Positions 18,525 to 27,694 of a stretch of 32,000 bases of DNA are shown one piece after another (within the stretch, counting starts at the first letter, position 1; each line of letters opens with the position of its first letter). The notes below the pieces were generated by a model. It did no database searches and had not been told where the DNA came from. It saw only the letters and a list, made by a program, of their open reading frames with translations. A program made the position numbers and the translations under genes. Origin of the DNA: Candidatus Nanoarchaeia archaeon (GTDB taxonomy: Archaea > Nanobdellota > Nanobdellia > Jingweiarchaeales > Jingweiarchaeaceae); the NCBI GenBank assembly GCA_038874075.1, contig JAVZDD010000006.1, positions 1,790 through 33,789 of the forward strand, in the 5' to 3' direction.

Positions 18525-19073
18525 ATGCGTGGTAGACCTCCTGGCTCAAAGATCCGGGAAAATATTGCTTTAATATTAAATAAATTAAATGTCTCATATG
18601 GTTATGAAATATACAAGGTGTATAAGCAAGTATTTGGAAAAATCTTATTGAGAGATATTTATTATCATTTAAAAAAAGGCCAGGAACTTGGTGAATTCAT
18701 AGCAATCGAAACCAAGGTAGAACCTGGAAATTTTACTTGGGGAACACAAACAGAAAGGACATATTATACTCTGGGTCCTTTTATTCAAATAAAAATGGAT
18801 GAAAAGATTGAACAAAGGATGAGTATTTTCAAGGAAAAAGAGGTTAACATAAATTGGGAAAATGAGATTAATAAAATAATTATCTCCTTAAATGAAGAAA
18901 TTGAGAGTATTACCCAAAAAAAGATGTCTTATCTAGCAAAGAAAAATGTCCAAGATATGTTATTAAAAAAAATAGAAAAACTCAAAAAATGGGCAGAAAA
19001 TAAAATAAGCAAGGAAAAAATGATGGAAATAGAAGAATTAAAGAAAAAAGTACTTTTGATGATTTTAAGATAA
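18525..19073 (+). CDS. PadR-like winged-helix protein with N-terminal AT-hook-like RGRPPGS and C-terminal coiled coil
   Basis: MRGRPPGSKIRENIALILNKLNVSYGYEIYKVYKQVFGKILLRDIYYHLKKG. Start moved from 18294 to 18525 because the upstream part is antisense to the RPA-like gene. Confidence 0.75.
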   Translation: MRGRPPGSKIRENIALILNKLNVSYGYEIYKVYKQVFGKILLRDIYYHLKKGQELGEFIAIETKVEPGNFTWGTQTERTYYTLGPFIQIKMDEKIEQRMSIFKEKEVNINWENEINKIIISLNEEIESITQKKMSYLAKKNVQDMLLKKIEKLKKWAENKISKEKMMEIEELKKKVLLMILR

Positions 19074-19088
19074 CCATATAACCCCTTC

Positions 19089-19284
19089 ATTTCTCTTGGA
19101 GATTTTATTTTAATAATAATTAATTAATTTTTTTCCATATAGAAATAAAAAATATTAAAATTTTTCCAAAAGAAAGACTTAACTTTTCCATAAGAAATAA
19201 TAAGAGAATCCATAAGAAAAAAAGGTGTCATATTTTATATATTTTCTATTATAAAAAACTTTATTAATACTTTTTTTCTTATGG
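19089..19284. promoter_or_regulatory. Candidate replication origin (ORB-like iterons plus A/T-only tracts)
   Basis: Six TCCA-N3-GAAA-like elements: inverted at 19089-19100; direct with first C at 19135, 19166, 19188 and 19210; inverted at 19273-19284. 15-bp perfect inverted repeat ccataagaaaaaaag (19210-19224 vs 19270-19284). A/T-only tract 19102-19134. Immediately upstream of orc1/cdc6. Confidence 0.6.
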
Positions 19285-19308
19285 CGTATACTTTTAAAGG
19301 GGTGCTCC

Positions 19309-20508
19309 ATGAATAAAGTTCAAGAATATTTTGAAAATTTTTTAAACAAAAAATCTTTGTTTCTGAATAAAGAAGTTCTTTCAATTAAATATATACCTGA
19401 TCAAATATTACATCGTGATTTAGAAATAAAACAATTGAGTGAAATTCTTGCTCCTTCACTTAAAAATGAAAAACCTTCTAATATATTTATTTATGGTAAG
19501 ACAGGTACTGGTAAGACTGTGATTACAAAATATGTTTGTTCACAGCTTTATGAAATTGCAAAGAAGAGGAATATACCTATTTCTGTGGTATACATTAATT
19601 GTAAAATGAAAAAGATTACAGATACAGAGTATAGATTGATTTCACAATTAACCAAAGAGTTCGGTAAGGAAGTACCTTATACTGGATTACCAACAAATGA
19701 AGTATATAAAATGTTTTTTGAGGTGATTGATAAAAAAAATCAAGTAATTATACTAATATTGGATGAAATAGATAACTTAATAAAAAAATGTGGTGATGAA
19801 ATTCTTTATAACTTAACAAGGGTGAACTCCGAATTAAAAAATGCCAAGATTACTATTGTTGGAATAACAAACGATGTGACATTCATAAATGAATTGGATC
19901 CAAGGGTAAGAAGTTCACTAAATGAAGAGGAAATAGTTTTTCAACCATACGATGCACTCCAACTCAAAGATATCCTACTGGAAAGAGCAAGATTGGCATT
20001 CGAACCAAATGTGATTTCAGAATCTGTCATTTCAAAGTGCGCAGCATATGCTGCGAGAGAACATGGTGATGCAAGAAGAGCAATTGAGTTATTAAGAGTA
20101 GCAGCTGAGATTGCAGAGAGAGATGGCAGTTCCATGATAGAAGAAAAACATGTGGATCTAGCTGATGAAAAGATTGAACTTGATAAAGTGATAGAAATTG
20201 TGAAGAAATTACCAAAACAATCTCAAGTACTTCTATATTCAATTATTCTTATAAATAAGAATAAAGGTTTGATTTATACAGGAGAAGTCTATGATGTTTA
20301 TAAAAATATCTGCTCTGAAGCAAAAGTTAATGAACTAACACAAAGGAGACTCTCAGACTTAATCGCAGAGCTTGATCTTCTAGGTATAATAAAAACAAGA
20401 TTGATAAGTAAGGGTAGATATGGAAAAATGAGAGAGATATCTTTAATGATAGGTAAAGACACAATAAATAAAATAGAAGGAATAATTAAAGAACAACTTG
20501 GTATTTAG
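19309..20508 (+). CDS. cdc6: Orc1/Cdc6 origin-binding initiator
   Basis: Walker A YGKTGTGKTVITK, Walker B VIILILDEIDNL, sensor motif GITNDVTFINELDPRVRSSL, sensor 2 region AREHGDARRAIELLRVAAEIA, C-terminal wHTH. Confidence 0.95.
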   Translation: MNKVQEYFENFLNKKSLFLNKEVLSIKYIPDQILHRDLEIKQLSEILAPSLKNEKPSNIFIYGKTGTGKTVITKYVCSQLYEIAKKRNIPISVVYINCKMKKITDTEYRLISQLTKEFGKEVPYTGLPTNEVYKMFFEVIDKKNQVIILILDEIDNLIKKCGDEILYNLTRVNSELKNAKITIVGITNDVTFINELDPRVRSSLNEEEIVFQPYDALQLKDILLERARLAFEPNVISESVISKCAAYAAREHGDARRAIELLRVAAEIAERDGSSMIEEKHVDLADEKIELDKVIEIVKKLPKQSQVLLYSIILINKNKGLIYTGEVYDVYKNICSEAKVNELTQRRLSDLIAELDLLGIIKTRLISKGRYGKMREISLMIGKDTINKIEGIIKEQLGI

Positions 20509-20521
20509 ATTTGGTGTTAGA

Positions 20522-21997
20522 ATGTCAGAGATCATAAAGAAGTTTGCTGAGAAAGGTTTTTTAATTTCTCCCACGCTTGTCCCTAAAATCACAGATCATA
20601 CAAAGTTCTTGGATTTTCTAGAAACTAACTTCAAAAATAAGATTTCTGTTGTGACAGAAGAGATATATAAAAATTTTGTTAGTGGATGTTTAACATTCAC
20701 AAAAAATAATAAAGATGTTAAAATTGTTAAAGAGAGGGAGGTCAAACAAGACGGGTCAAAGGTGGAAATAACAAAGATATACGAACACGAAAATAAGAAA
20801 AGAGATATAAGTGATTGGGTGGGATACTACAACAGTAGGTTTGAACAGATTAAAAACTTCCTTTATCACAGAATTGAATTACAAGGTGCAATATCCATCA
20901 ATCGACTTATTTCAAGAGATATGAAAGAGCTAGCAACAATTGCCATGGTTAAATCAATATCAAAGTCAAAGTTTGGCAATTTTATCATTGAATTAGAAGA
21001 TACTACAGGTGTAATCAAAGGAGTTGTAAGTAAAAATTCACCATGTATACAGAAGGTTGAAGAGCTTGTAGAAGATGAGGTAATAGGTGTTTTGGGTTCA
21101 AAATCAAGGGAGATGATCTTTATTCAAGATATCATATTTCCAGATATCCCAGAAAAAGAGACCAAGAAATGTAATGAAGAGGTTTATGCTTGTTTTATTG
21201 CAGATACGCATGTTGGTTCCAAGATGTTTTTATCGAGCGCTTTTGACAGATTCTTAAAATGGTTAAATTTGGAATTGGGTGATGAAAAACAAAAAGAAAT
21301 TGCCAAAAAAATAAGATACTTATTTGTTGTTGGAGATCTTGTTGATGGTGTAGGTATATATCCTGAACAGGAGAATGAATTGTTAATTAAAGATATCTAT
21401 CAACAGTATGAAGAATTCGCGAAACTTATTCAAAGAGTACCAGAGAGAATTAGTGTGATCATTTCACCAGGAAACCATGATGCGTTGCGCATAGCTGAAC
21501 CACAACATGCACTTTATGATGATATTGCAAAGCCAGTTTATCAGCTTCCAAATGTGATAATGACTTCAAATCCAAGCTACGTAAGGATACACGCAATTGA
21601 TGATTTTCCAGGATTTGATGTACTTCTTTATCATGGCTATAGTTTAGATTATTTTGTTGCAAATGTGCCTAAATTGAGGAGATATGGATACGAGAGGGCT
21701 GATCTATTAATGAAATTTTTATTGAGAAAAAGACATCTAGCACCGACACATGGTTCAACCTTGTTTGCACCAATGCAGAACGATTTTCTTGTGATAGATA
21801 AAGTACCAGACATATTTGCAACAGCACACATACATAAAGCAAGAGTTGGATGTTATAGGAATGTGATAAATATTTGTTGTTCTTGTTGGCAAGATCGAAC
21901 GGTATTTCAAGAAAGAGTTGGACATGTACCAGAACCAGGGAGGGTCCCAATCTTCAATCTTAAAACAAGAGAAGTGAAGATGATGAGGTTCATATGA
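20522..21997 (+). CDS. DNA polymerase D small subunit (DP1)
   Basis: OB segment plus phosphoesterase motifs CFIADTHVGSKMF, VVGDLVDGVG, SPGNHDALR, YHGYSLDYF, HGSTLFAP, TAHIHKA. ATG at 20522 has an upstream GGTG; the ORF track starts at a TTG (20498). Confidence 0.94.
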   Translation: MSEIIKKFAEKGFLISPTLVPKITDHTKFLDFLETNFKNKISVVTEEIYKNFVSGCLTFTKNNKDVKIVKEREVKQDGSKVEITKIYEHENKKRDISDWVGYYNSRFEQIKNFLYHRIELQGAISINRLISRDMKELATIAMVKSISKSKFGNFIIELEDTTGVIKGVVSKNSPCIQKVEELVEDEVIGVLGSKSREMIFIQDIIFPDIPEKETKKCNEEVYACFIADTHVGSKMFLSSAFDRFLKWLNLELGDEKQKEIAKKIRYLFVVGDLVDGVGIYPEQENELLIKDIYQQYEEFAKLIQRVPERISVIISPGNHDALRIAEPQHALYDDIAKPVYQLPNVIMTSNPSYVRIHAIDDFPGFDVLLYHGYSLDYFVANVPKLRRYGYERADLLMKFLLRKRHLAPTHGSTLFAPMQNDFLVIDKVPDIFATAHIHKARVGCYRNVINICCSCWQDRTVFQERVGHVPEPGRVPIFNLKTREVKMMRFI

Positions 21998-22059
21998 TTG
22001 GTATTTTTATTGTTTAAAGTAAATAAAAACTTATATAGAGGCTTTTTCTTTTTTTGCTC

Positions 22060-25000
22060 ATGCCAATTGCTTCTGAAGAAATGCAAGGATATTTTAGTGA
22101 AATAGAGAGTAAAGTAAAAACAGCATATGAAATTGCACAAAAAGCAAGGAGTCTCGGTCTTGATCCTGAAGACTTTGTAGATATTCCTCTAGCAAGGGAC
22201 TTGTCAGAGAGAGTTGAAGGATTGGTTGCAGTTCTAAAACCAGAGATAAAGGGCACAGGATTGTCACAAAGGATTAGAGAGATAGAGAAAGAGTTCAAGC
22301 CAAATGATTGGAGAGTTGCATTGAAGATAGCAGAAGAGGTTGCAAGGGGGAAGTTTTGTTCATTTAATGACTTAAGAGAAGCAATGGAACTTGGAATAAG
22401 GGTTGCATTGGCTTATGTTACACTTGGTATTGTCTCCGCGCCATTGGAAGGTTTTGTTGAACTCCAAATTAAAAAAAGGATGGATGGTGGTAATTATGTT
22501 GCTTGTTTTTTCTCTGGCCCAATAAGGGCAGCTGGAGGAACTGCTGCTGCATTTACTGTGATTGTTGCTGATTACCTGAGAAGAGTTTTTGGGTTTGATA
22601 AGTATGATCCGACAAATGAAGAAATAGAAAGATATGTGACTGAGATTGATGATTATCACCGGGTGTTGGCAAGGTTGCAATATTTACCGATTAAGGAAGA
22701 AATTAGTTTTTTAGTATCACATATTCCAATTGAAATCACAGGAGACCCAACATCTGATAGAGAAGTATCTAATTATAAAGACCTAAAGAGAGTTGGTACA
22801 AATAGGATAAGAGGAGGAATGTGTTTAGTTCTTTGTGAAGGTGTTGCTCAGAAAGCAAAAAAAATATTGAAAGAGATAAAAAGTTGGGGAAAAGATTTTT
22901 TCTTAGATGAATGGGTGTTTCTCCAAGATTACTTGGAAATTCAGAAAAAAGCACATACAAAGGAGATAGAAACAAATTCAAAGATAAAACCAGATTTTAG
23001 ATTCATAGAAGAGTCAGTTGCAGGGAGACCCGTGTTCTCTTTTCCACTAGCGAGAGGGGGTTTTAGATTGAGGTATGGAAGGAGTAGAGTCAGTGGTTTG
23101 GCCGCATGTTCAATCCACCCTGCCACAATGCGCATATTGGATGATTTCATTGCTATAGGTTCGCAATTAAGAGTTGAGAGACCAGGAAAAGCATGTGCAA
23201 TTACTGTTTGTGATACGATCGAAGGACCAGTTGTCAAATTGAAAGATGGAAGTGTAATTAGAGTAGAGAATGAATTACAAGCACTTGAAATCAAAGATAA
23301 GATTGTTGAAATCCTTTTCTTAGGGGATATACTTGTTAGCTATGGAGATTTTTTAGAACAGAACCACGTACTTGTTCCATCCGGATATGTTGAAGAGTGG
23401 TGGATTCAAGAACTAGAGGAAAAAGCAAAGGATAAAGTTGATATAAAAACTTTAAAAGATAGAATTACAAAGATTGGGGCTGAGGAAGCAGTGAAATTTT
23501 CCTTAGAGTATAACATTCCTTTACACCCACGTTACACATATTTTTGGAACAACATCGACAATAGTCTGTTATTTTACCTTCTAAATAAGCTCCAAACCAA
23601 TTCTTCGATTTTCGAAAATGAGATTTATGTAGAAGGGGATGATAAAGTTAAACGCGCCTTGGAATTGATATGTATACCTCATAAGTACAAAGAAAGGAAA
23701 ATTTTGATTGAAGGTGATGATGCAGTTGCATTTCTTTATTCAATTGGATTTCTTCCGGATAAAACGTGGAAAATGAAGGAAGCACTTGAATTCAAAGACA
23801 AAGATATACTCACAATTCTAAACTCAATTTCAAAAATAAAGATAAGAGATAAAGCCCCAATTACGATTGGTGCCAGATTGGGTAGACCGGAAAAAGCAAA
23901 ATTAAGGAAATTAAAGGGAAGCCCACAGGTTTTGTTTCCAGTTGGGAACCAAGGAGGGAGGATGAGAAGTTTTAATGAAGCAATTAATAAAGGTTATGTT
24001 GAAGCAGAGTTTCCCATATTTTTTTGTGAGAAGTGTAACATCAAAACAATATATACTCATTGCGAGATCTGTGGTGAAAAAACGAAAGAATACAAAGTAT
24101 GTCAAAAATGTAAGAGATACACACAGTTAAATACACATTGCGGAATGCCAACAAGAGCATTTGAGAGAAGAAAGATTGAAATTAAAGATGAGATTGAGCG
24201 TGCATTAAAGAACTTAAATGTTGAGCTTCCAGAATTAGTTAAAGGAGTAAGAGGAACATCAAACAAGAAGCGGATACCTGAAAGAATTGAAAAGGGAATT
24301 TTGAGAGCGATACATGATCTATACGTAAATAAAGATGGGACGATTAGATTTGACATCATTGAAGCACCCATCACACATTTTAAGCCGAAAGAGATAGGAA
24401 CGAGTATTGATAAATTAAGGGAACTTGGATACAAAAAAGATATTTTTGGCAATGAAATCGTGAGTGATGAACAGGTAATTGAATTGAAACCACAAGATGT
24501 GATTCTTCCTGATTGTGAAGAATGGGAGGGTGCAAGTGCATCTGATGCATTGATGAAGATATGTAATTTTATCGATGATCTTCTCATTAGATTTTACAAA
24601 CTTGAGCCTTTTTACAACATCAAATCCAAGGGTGACCTTGTTGGTCACTTAATCATTGGATTAGCGCCACACACAAGTGCCGGTATTGTTGGGAGGATTA
24701 TCGGATTTTCGAAAACACAAGCATATTTTGCACATCCTTATTTCCATGCAGCGATGAGGAGAAACTGTGATGGTGATGAAGCTTGCTTCATTCTCCTATT
24801 AGATGCATTATTAAACTTCTCACACCAATTTCTTCCCGCAACAAGAGGAGCATCAACGATGGATGCACCACTTGTATTGACAACAATTCTTGATCCGATA
24901 GAAGTTGACAAGGAAGTGCACAACATGGACGTAGTCAACATTTATCCGCTTGAATTTTATGAAGCGACACTTAATTGGAGAGATCCAAATGAAGTGAAAA

Positions 25001-25521
25001 TAAACAAAGTTCAGGATAGATTGAAAACTGAATTGCAATATGAGGGATTAATGTACACGCATGATGTTTCTGATATAAATGCTGGTGCGAGAGTCTCATC
25101 ATACAAGACACTCGTGACAATGATAGATAAAGTTGAGAAGCAAATGGCTCTAGCTGAAAAGATCTTAGCTGTTAATAAATGTGATGTAGCCAGGATCATC
25201 ATTGAAAAGCACTTCTTGAAAGATATCAAAGGAAATTTAAGAGAATTTTCAAAGCAAGAGTTTAGGTGTATTGATTGTAATGAAAAGTATCGTAGAATAC
25301 CATTAAGTGGCAAGTGTTTGAAATGTGGAGGAAAACTAGTGCTCACAGTGGCCGAGGGTACAGTAAGCAAATACTTAGATATTTCCTTGTCACTTGCAGA
25401 GCGATACAATTTACCTTCCTATTTAAGACAAACGTTGGAGATAATAAAAAGGAGAGTTGAATCAATATTTGGCAAGGAAAAAGAGAAGCAAACATTACTT
25501 AACTCTTATGCAAAATCATAG
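22060..25521 (+). CDS. DNA polymerase D large subunit (DP2), intein-free
   Basis: Start MPIASEEMQGYF. SGPIRAAGGTAAAF, SRVSGLAACSIHPATMRILDDFIAIGSQLRVERPGKA, MRRNCDGDEACFILLLDALLNFS, and several zinc-ribbon pairs (CEKCN..CEICG..CQKC; CIDCN..CLKCG). Confidence 0.95.
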   Translation: MPIASEEMQGYFSEIESKVKTAYEIAQKARSLGLDPEDFVDIPLARDLSERVEGLVAVLKPEIKGTGLSQRIREIEKEFKPNDWRVALKIAEEVARGKFCSFNDLREAMELGIRVALAYVTLGIVSAPLEGFVELQIKKRMDGGNYVACFFSGPIRAAGGTAAAFTVIVADYLRRVFGFDKYDPTNEEIERYVTEIDDYHRVLARLQYLPIKEEISFLVSHIPIEITGDPTSDREVSNYKDLKRVGTNRIRGGMCLVLCEGVAQKAKKILKEIKSWGKDFFLDEWVFLQDYLEIQKKAHTKEIETNSKIKPDFRFIEESVAGRPVFSFPLARGGFRLRYGRSRVSGLAACSIHPATMRILDDFIAIGSQLRVERPGKACAITVCDTIEGPVVKLKDGSVIRVENELQALEIKDKIVEILFLGDILVSYGDFLEQNHVLVPSGYVEEWWIQELEEKAKDKVDIKTLKDRITKIGAEEAVKFSLEYNIPLHPRYTYFWNNIDNSLLFYLLNKLQTNSSIFENEIYVEGDDKVKRALELICIPHKYKERKILIEGDDAVAFLYSIGFLPDKTWKMKEALEFKDKDILTILNSISKIKIRDKAPITIGARLGRPEKAKLRKLKGSPQVLFPVGNQGGRMRSFNEAINKGYVEAEFPIFFCEKCNIKTIYTHCEICGEKTKEYKVCQKCKRYTQLNTHCGMPTRAFERRKIEIKDEIERALKNLNVELPELVKGVRGTSNKKRIPERIEKGILRAIHDLYVNKDGTIRFDIIEAPITHFKPKEIGTSIDKLRELGYKKDIFGNEIVSDEQVIELKPQDVILPDCEEWEGASASDALMKICNFIDDLLIRFYKLEPFYNIKSKGDLVGHLIIGLAPHTSAGIVGRIIGFSKTQAYFAHPYFHAAMRRNCDGDEACFILLLDALLNFSHQFLPATRGASTMDAPLVLTTILDPIEVDKEVHNMDVVNIYPLEFYEATLNWRDPNEVKINKVQDRLKTELQYEGLMYTHDVSDINAGARVSSYKTLVTMIDKVEKQMALAEKILAVNKCDVARIIIEKHFLKDIKGNLREFSKQEFRCIDCNEKYRRIPLSGKCLKCGGKLVLTVAEGTVSKYLDISLSLAERYNLPSYLRQTLEIIKRRVESIFGKEKEKQTLLNSYAKS

Positions 25522-25533
25522 TAGAAGCAAAAA

Positions 25534-26217
25534 ATGTTGAGAGAAGATTTGAAGGAAAAACAAAAGAAAAAATTAATTGCATTACAGATACAAAGACAAG
25601 TGCAAATACAGAAACAGAAAGAATTTTTCTTAATATTTTCTTTTATATTGACTGGTGTGATCGGTAGAATTGCTTTACAGAGTATACCTAGTGTTGAACC
25701 AATTACAGCAATCGCAATCCTTTCTGGTATTTTATTTGGAAAAAAGAAAGGCGCATTTGTAGGGGCTTCAAGCTTCTATCTCTCAAATTTTTTTGTTTTT
25801 GGTGGGCAAGGCCCTTGGACTTTTTTTCAAGTTTTGGGTGCTGGGATTGCAGGTTATCTCGGCGGCTTGGTAAGGAGGAATAGAATATTATCAATTCTTA
25901 TTATAACAATAATCGCTACAATTTTATATGAAGCAATTGTTAATCTTACAGGTTTATTTTTTGTTGGCCTTCATTTACTTCCAATTTATTATCTTACAAG
26001 TTTACCATTCTCAATCACTCATTTAATCTCAAACATATTTTTTGTATTGGGGGTGCCGAAATTTGCGAAGTGGATCGAAGCTAAGACAAAGTTTAAAGAG
26101 ATTGAAGACAAAGTATCTACCTTATTTTTTGAGCATAGTGGTAATAACCATACTATTTTTAATTTTTGGAGGAGAACACACAGGAAAGACCATAGTAATA
26201 GGAGAGAGACAAATTAA
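25534..26217 (+). CDS. ECF transporter S-component-like membrane protein
   Basis: ITAIAILSGILFGKKKGAFVGASSFYLSNFFVFGGQGPWTFFQVLGAGIAGYLGGL matches the ECF S-component pattern (fxxGxxxGxxxGaxxxxxsnfffgqGPWTxxQ). Confidence 0.75.
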   Translation: MLREDLKEKQKKKLIALQIQRQVQIQKQKEFFLIFSFILTGVIGRIALQSIPSVEPITAIAILSGILFGKKKGAFVGASSFYLSNFFVFGGQGPWTFFQVLGAGIAGYLGGLVRRNRILSILIITIIATILYEAIVNLTGLFFVGLHLLPIYYLTSLPFSITHLISNIFFVLGVPKFAKWIEAKTKFKEIEDKVSTLFFEHSGNNHTIFNFWRRTHRKDHSNRRETN

Positions 26218-26497
26218 CTGTAAGATCATCGTAGATGACGGCAACGTGACGAACAGCTTTGACTTGGTTGTAAATAAAGGTAAGACTGCAATTGAAGCAT
26301 TAGAAATAGTGATGGATGTTGATGTGAACCAGACTAGTTTTGGCCCATTTATTACTTGTATTAATCATATTTGTGGTAGTAATGAAGAAAGGACATATTG
26401 GGCTTTCTATATCAACGGAGAATACGCGATGGAAGGAGCAGGAAGTTACAAAGTAAAGCAAGGAGATGTTCTTAGTTTTAATCTTACAAAATATTGA
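26103..26497 (+). CDS. Membrane-anchored DUF4430 (transcobalamin C-terminal-like) protein
   Basis: DLVVNKGKTAIEALEIVMDVDVNQTSFGPFITCINHICGSNEERTYWAFYINGEYAMEGAGSYKVKQGDVLSFN is the DUF4430 pattern, preceded by hydrophobic YLPYFLSIVVITILFLIFGG. The start is uncertain (ATG at 26042 or TTG near 26103). Confidence 0.7.
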
Positions 26498-26500
26498 TAA

Positions 26501-27694
26501 TTATTTCAGATACCAAAGCATTGTTGGAATAATCAAACAACCCATACAATTTGTCCTCTTTATCTTTGTTTTTATTGTGATATATCCAATTGTTGTTGAG
26601 GCAATTAAAATTAATAATCCAATATAAGAGCTAAAAATAAAAACAAGAAGACATACAAAAACAAGTGAAAAAATCGTGAGTTTCCTGTAATTTATTTTGT
26701 TGATTTTATTACAGATTAAAGATGAAAGTTTTAAAGATATTATAAAGCACAGAATGGCTGATAGAACACAAGTGAAAAGCAAGATTAATAAAGAAACCAT
26801 ATCAAAAATAGGTATTTCTCTTAGTAATGTAAATGCGCCAATTCTTGCTTTTTTCAATGTGAAAAATGTAATCAATGAAGCAATGACATAGGAGGAAGTT
26901 ATACTTGAAACAGATAATAGATATTCCTCATTATTTTCTTTTTTTGAAATTTCATCTGACAATATAGATATCTGGGCTGGACTTAATGTTGGAATGAAGC
27001 CTAGAATGATTGATGTCAACGAACTGCTTGTAACAATGTTTAATGCTCTTCCTTTTTTGATGTTGATATTGAATTTTTTCTTTTGCTCCTTTATTTTAAC
27101 ACTATTCTTCATATTCAGGATGAGATTACTAATTCCAAAAAAACCAGTAAGTAGTGGAAACAATGGTTGATTGACATCAATCAAATTCAAGGAGATGAAA
27201 CCAAGTAAACCAGCGCATAGAAATACTAAGATTGCAAATGATTTTTTTCTTAAATCTTCTTCCTTAAGTATTAGATGTACAGAAACTAAAAATAGGAATA
27301 CAGGCACCAGCCCTCTTGCGTTGTAATAAATTATTGGTAAGATTTTGATGAAGATTGGAGATAAAATCGCAGATATTAATATTGAGAAGAGTGCGCCATA
27401 GCAACATATTTTCACGGCTTTCAGACCATAGCCTTCCAATACAAACCTATGCGCAGGCAAAACAGATAAAGAACTAATTTCATTTGGTATACCAATAAAT
27501 GTTGATCTTAAAAATTCAAAGAAGATAGAAGCAGTTACTGTGCTTATGATAAGAATGCCAATTTCTAAAGAATTAAAATAATTCATTAAAAAAGGAGCAA
27601 TTAGAACAAGCAAATTTGTGTGAAAGCCAGGGATAACTCCAAATATTATACCAAGGATTATGCCAATGAAAAATGCAACGAAACTAATTAACAT
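26501..27694 (-). CDS. TctA-like predicted archaeal membrane protein (tripartite tricarboxylate transporter TctA family)
   Basis: GIIFGVIPGFHTNLL plus multi-TM layout and a second half with LGFIPTLSPAQISIL, as in the archaeal TctA-like family. Confidence 0.72.
   Translation of the reverse strand: MLISFVAFFIGIILGIIFGVIPGFHTNLLVLIAPFLMNYFNSLEIGILIISTVTASIFFEFLRSTFIGIPNEISSLSVLPAHRFVLEGYGLKAVKICCYGALFSILISAILSPIFIKILPIIYYNARGLVPVFLFLVSVHLILKEEDLRKKSFAILVFLCAGLLGFISLNLIDVNQPLFPLLTGFFGISNLILNMKNSVKIKEQKKKFNINIKKGRALNIVTSSSLTSIILGFIPTLSPAQISILSDEISKKENNEEYLLSVSSITSSYVIASLITFFTLKKARIGAFTLLREIPIFDMVSLLILLFTCVLSAILCFIISLKLSSLICNKINKINYRKLTIFSLVFVCLLVFIFSSYIGLLILIASTTIGYITIKTKIKRTNCMGCLIIPTMLWYLK

Noticed and set aside
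24102-24587. 161-aa minus-strand ORF, and other antisense ORFs in 22372-25409
   Set aside because: All lie opposite PolD DP2, which has clear motifs along its whole length.
22060-25521. Intein in PolD DP2
   Set aside because: The protein (about 1153 aa) is continuous through conserved motifs, with no intein block A/B/F/G-like sequence or abrupt insertion.
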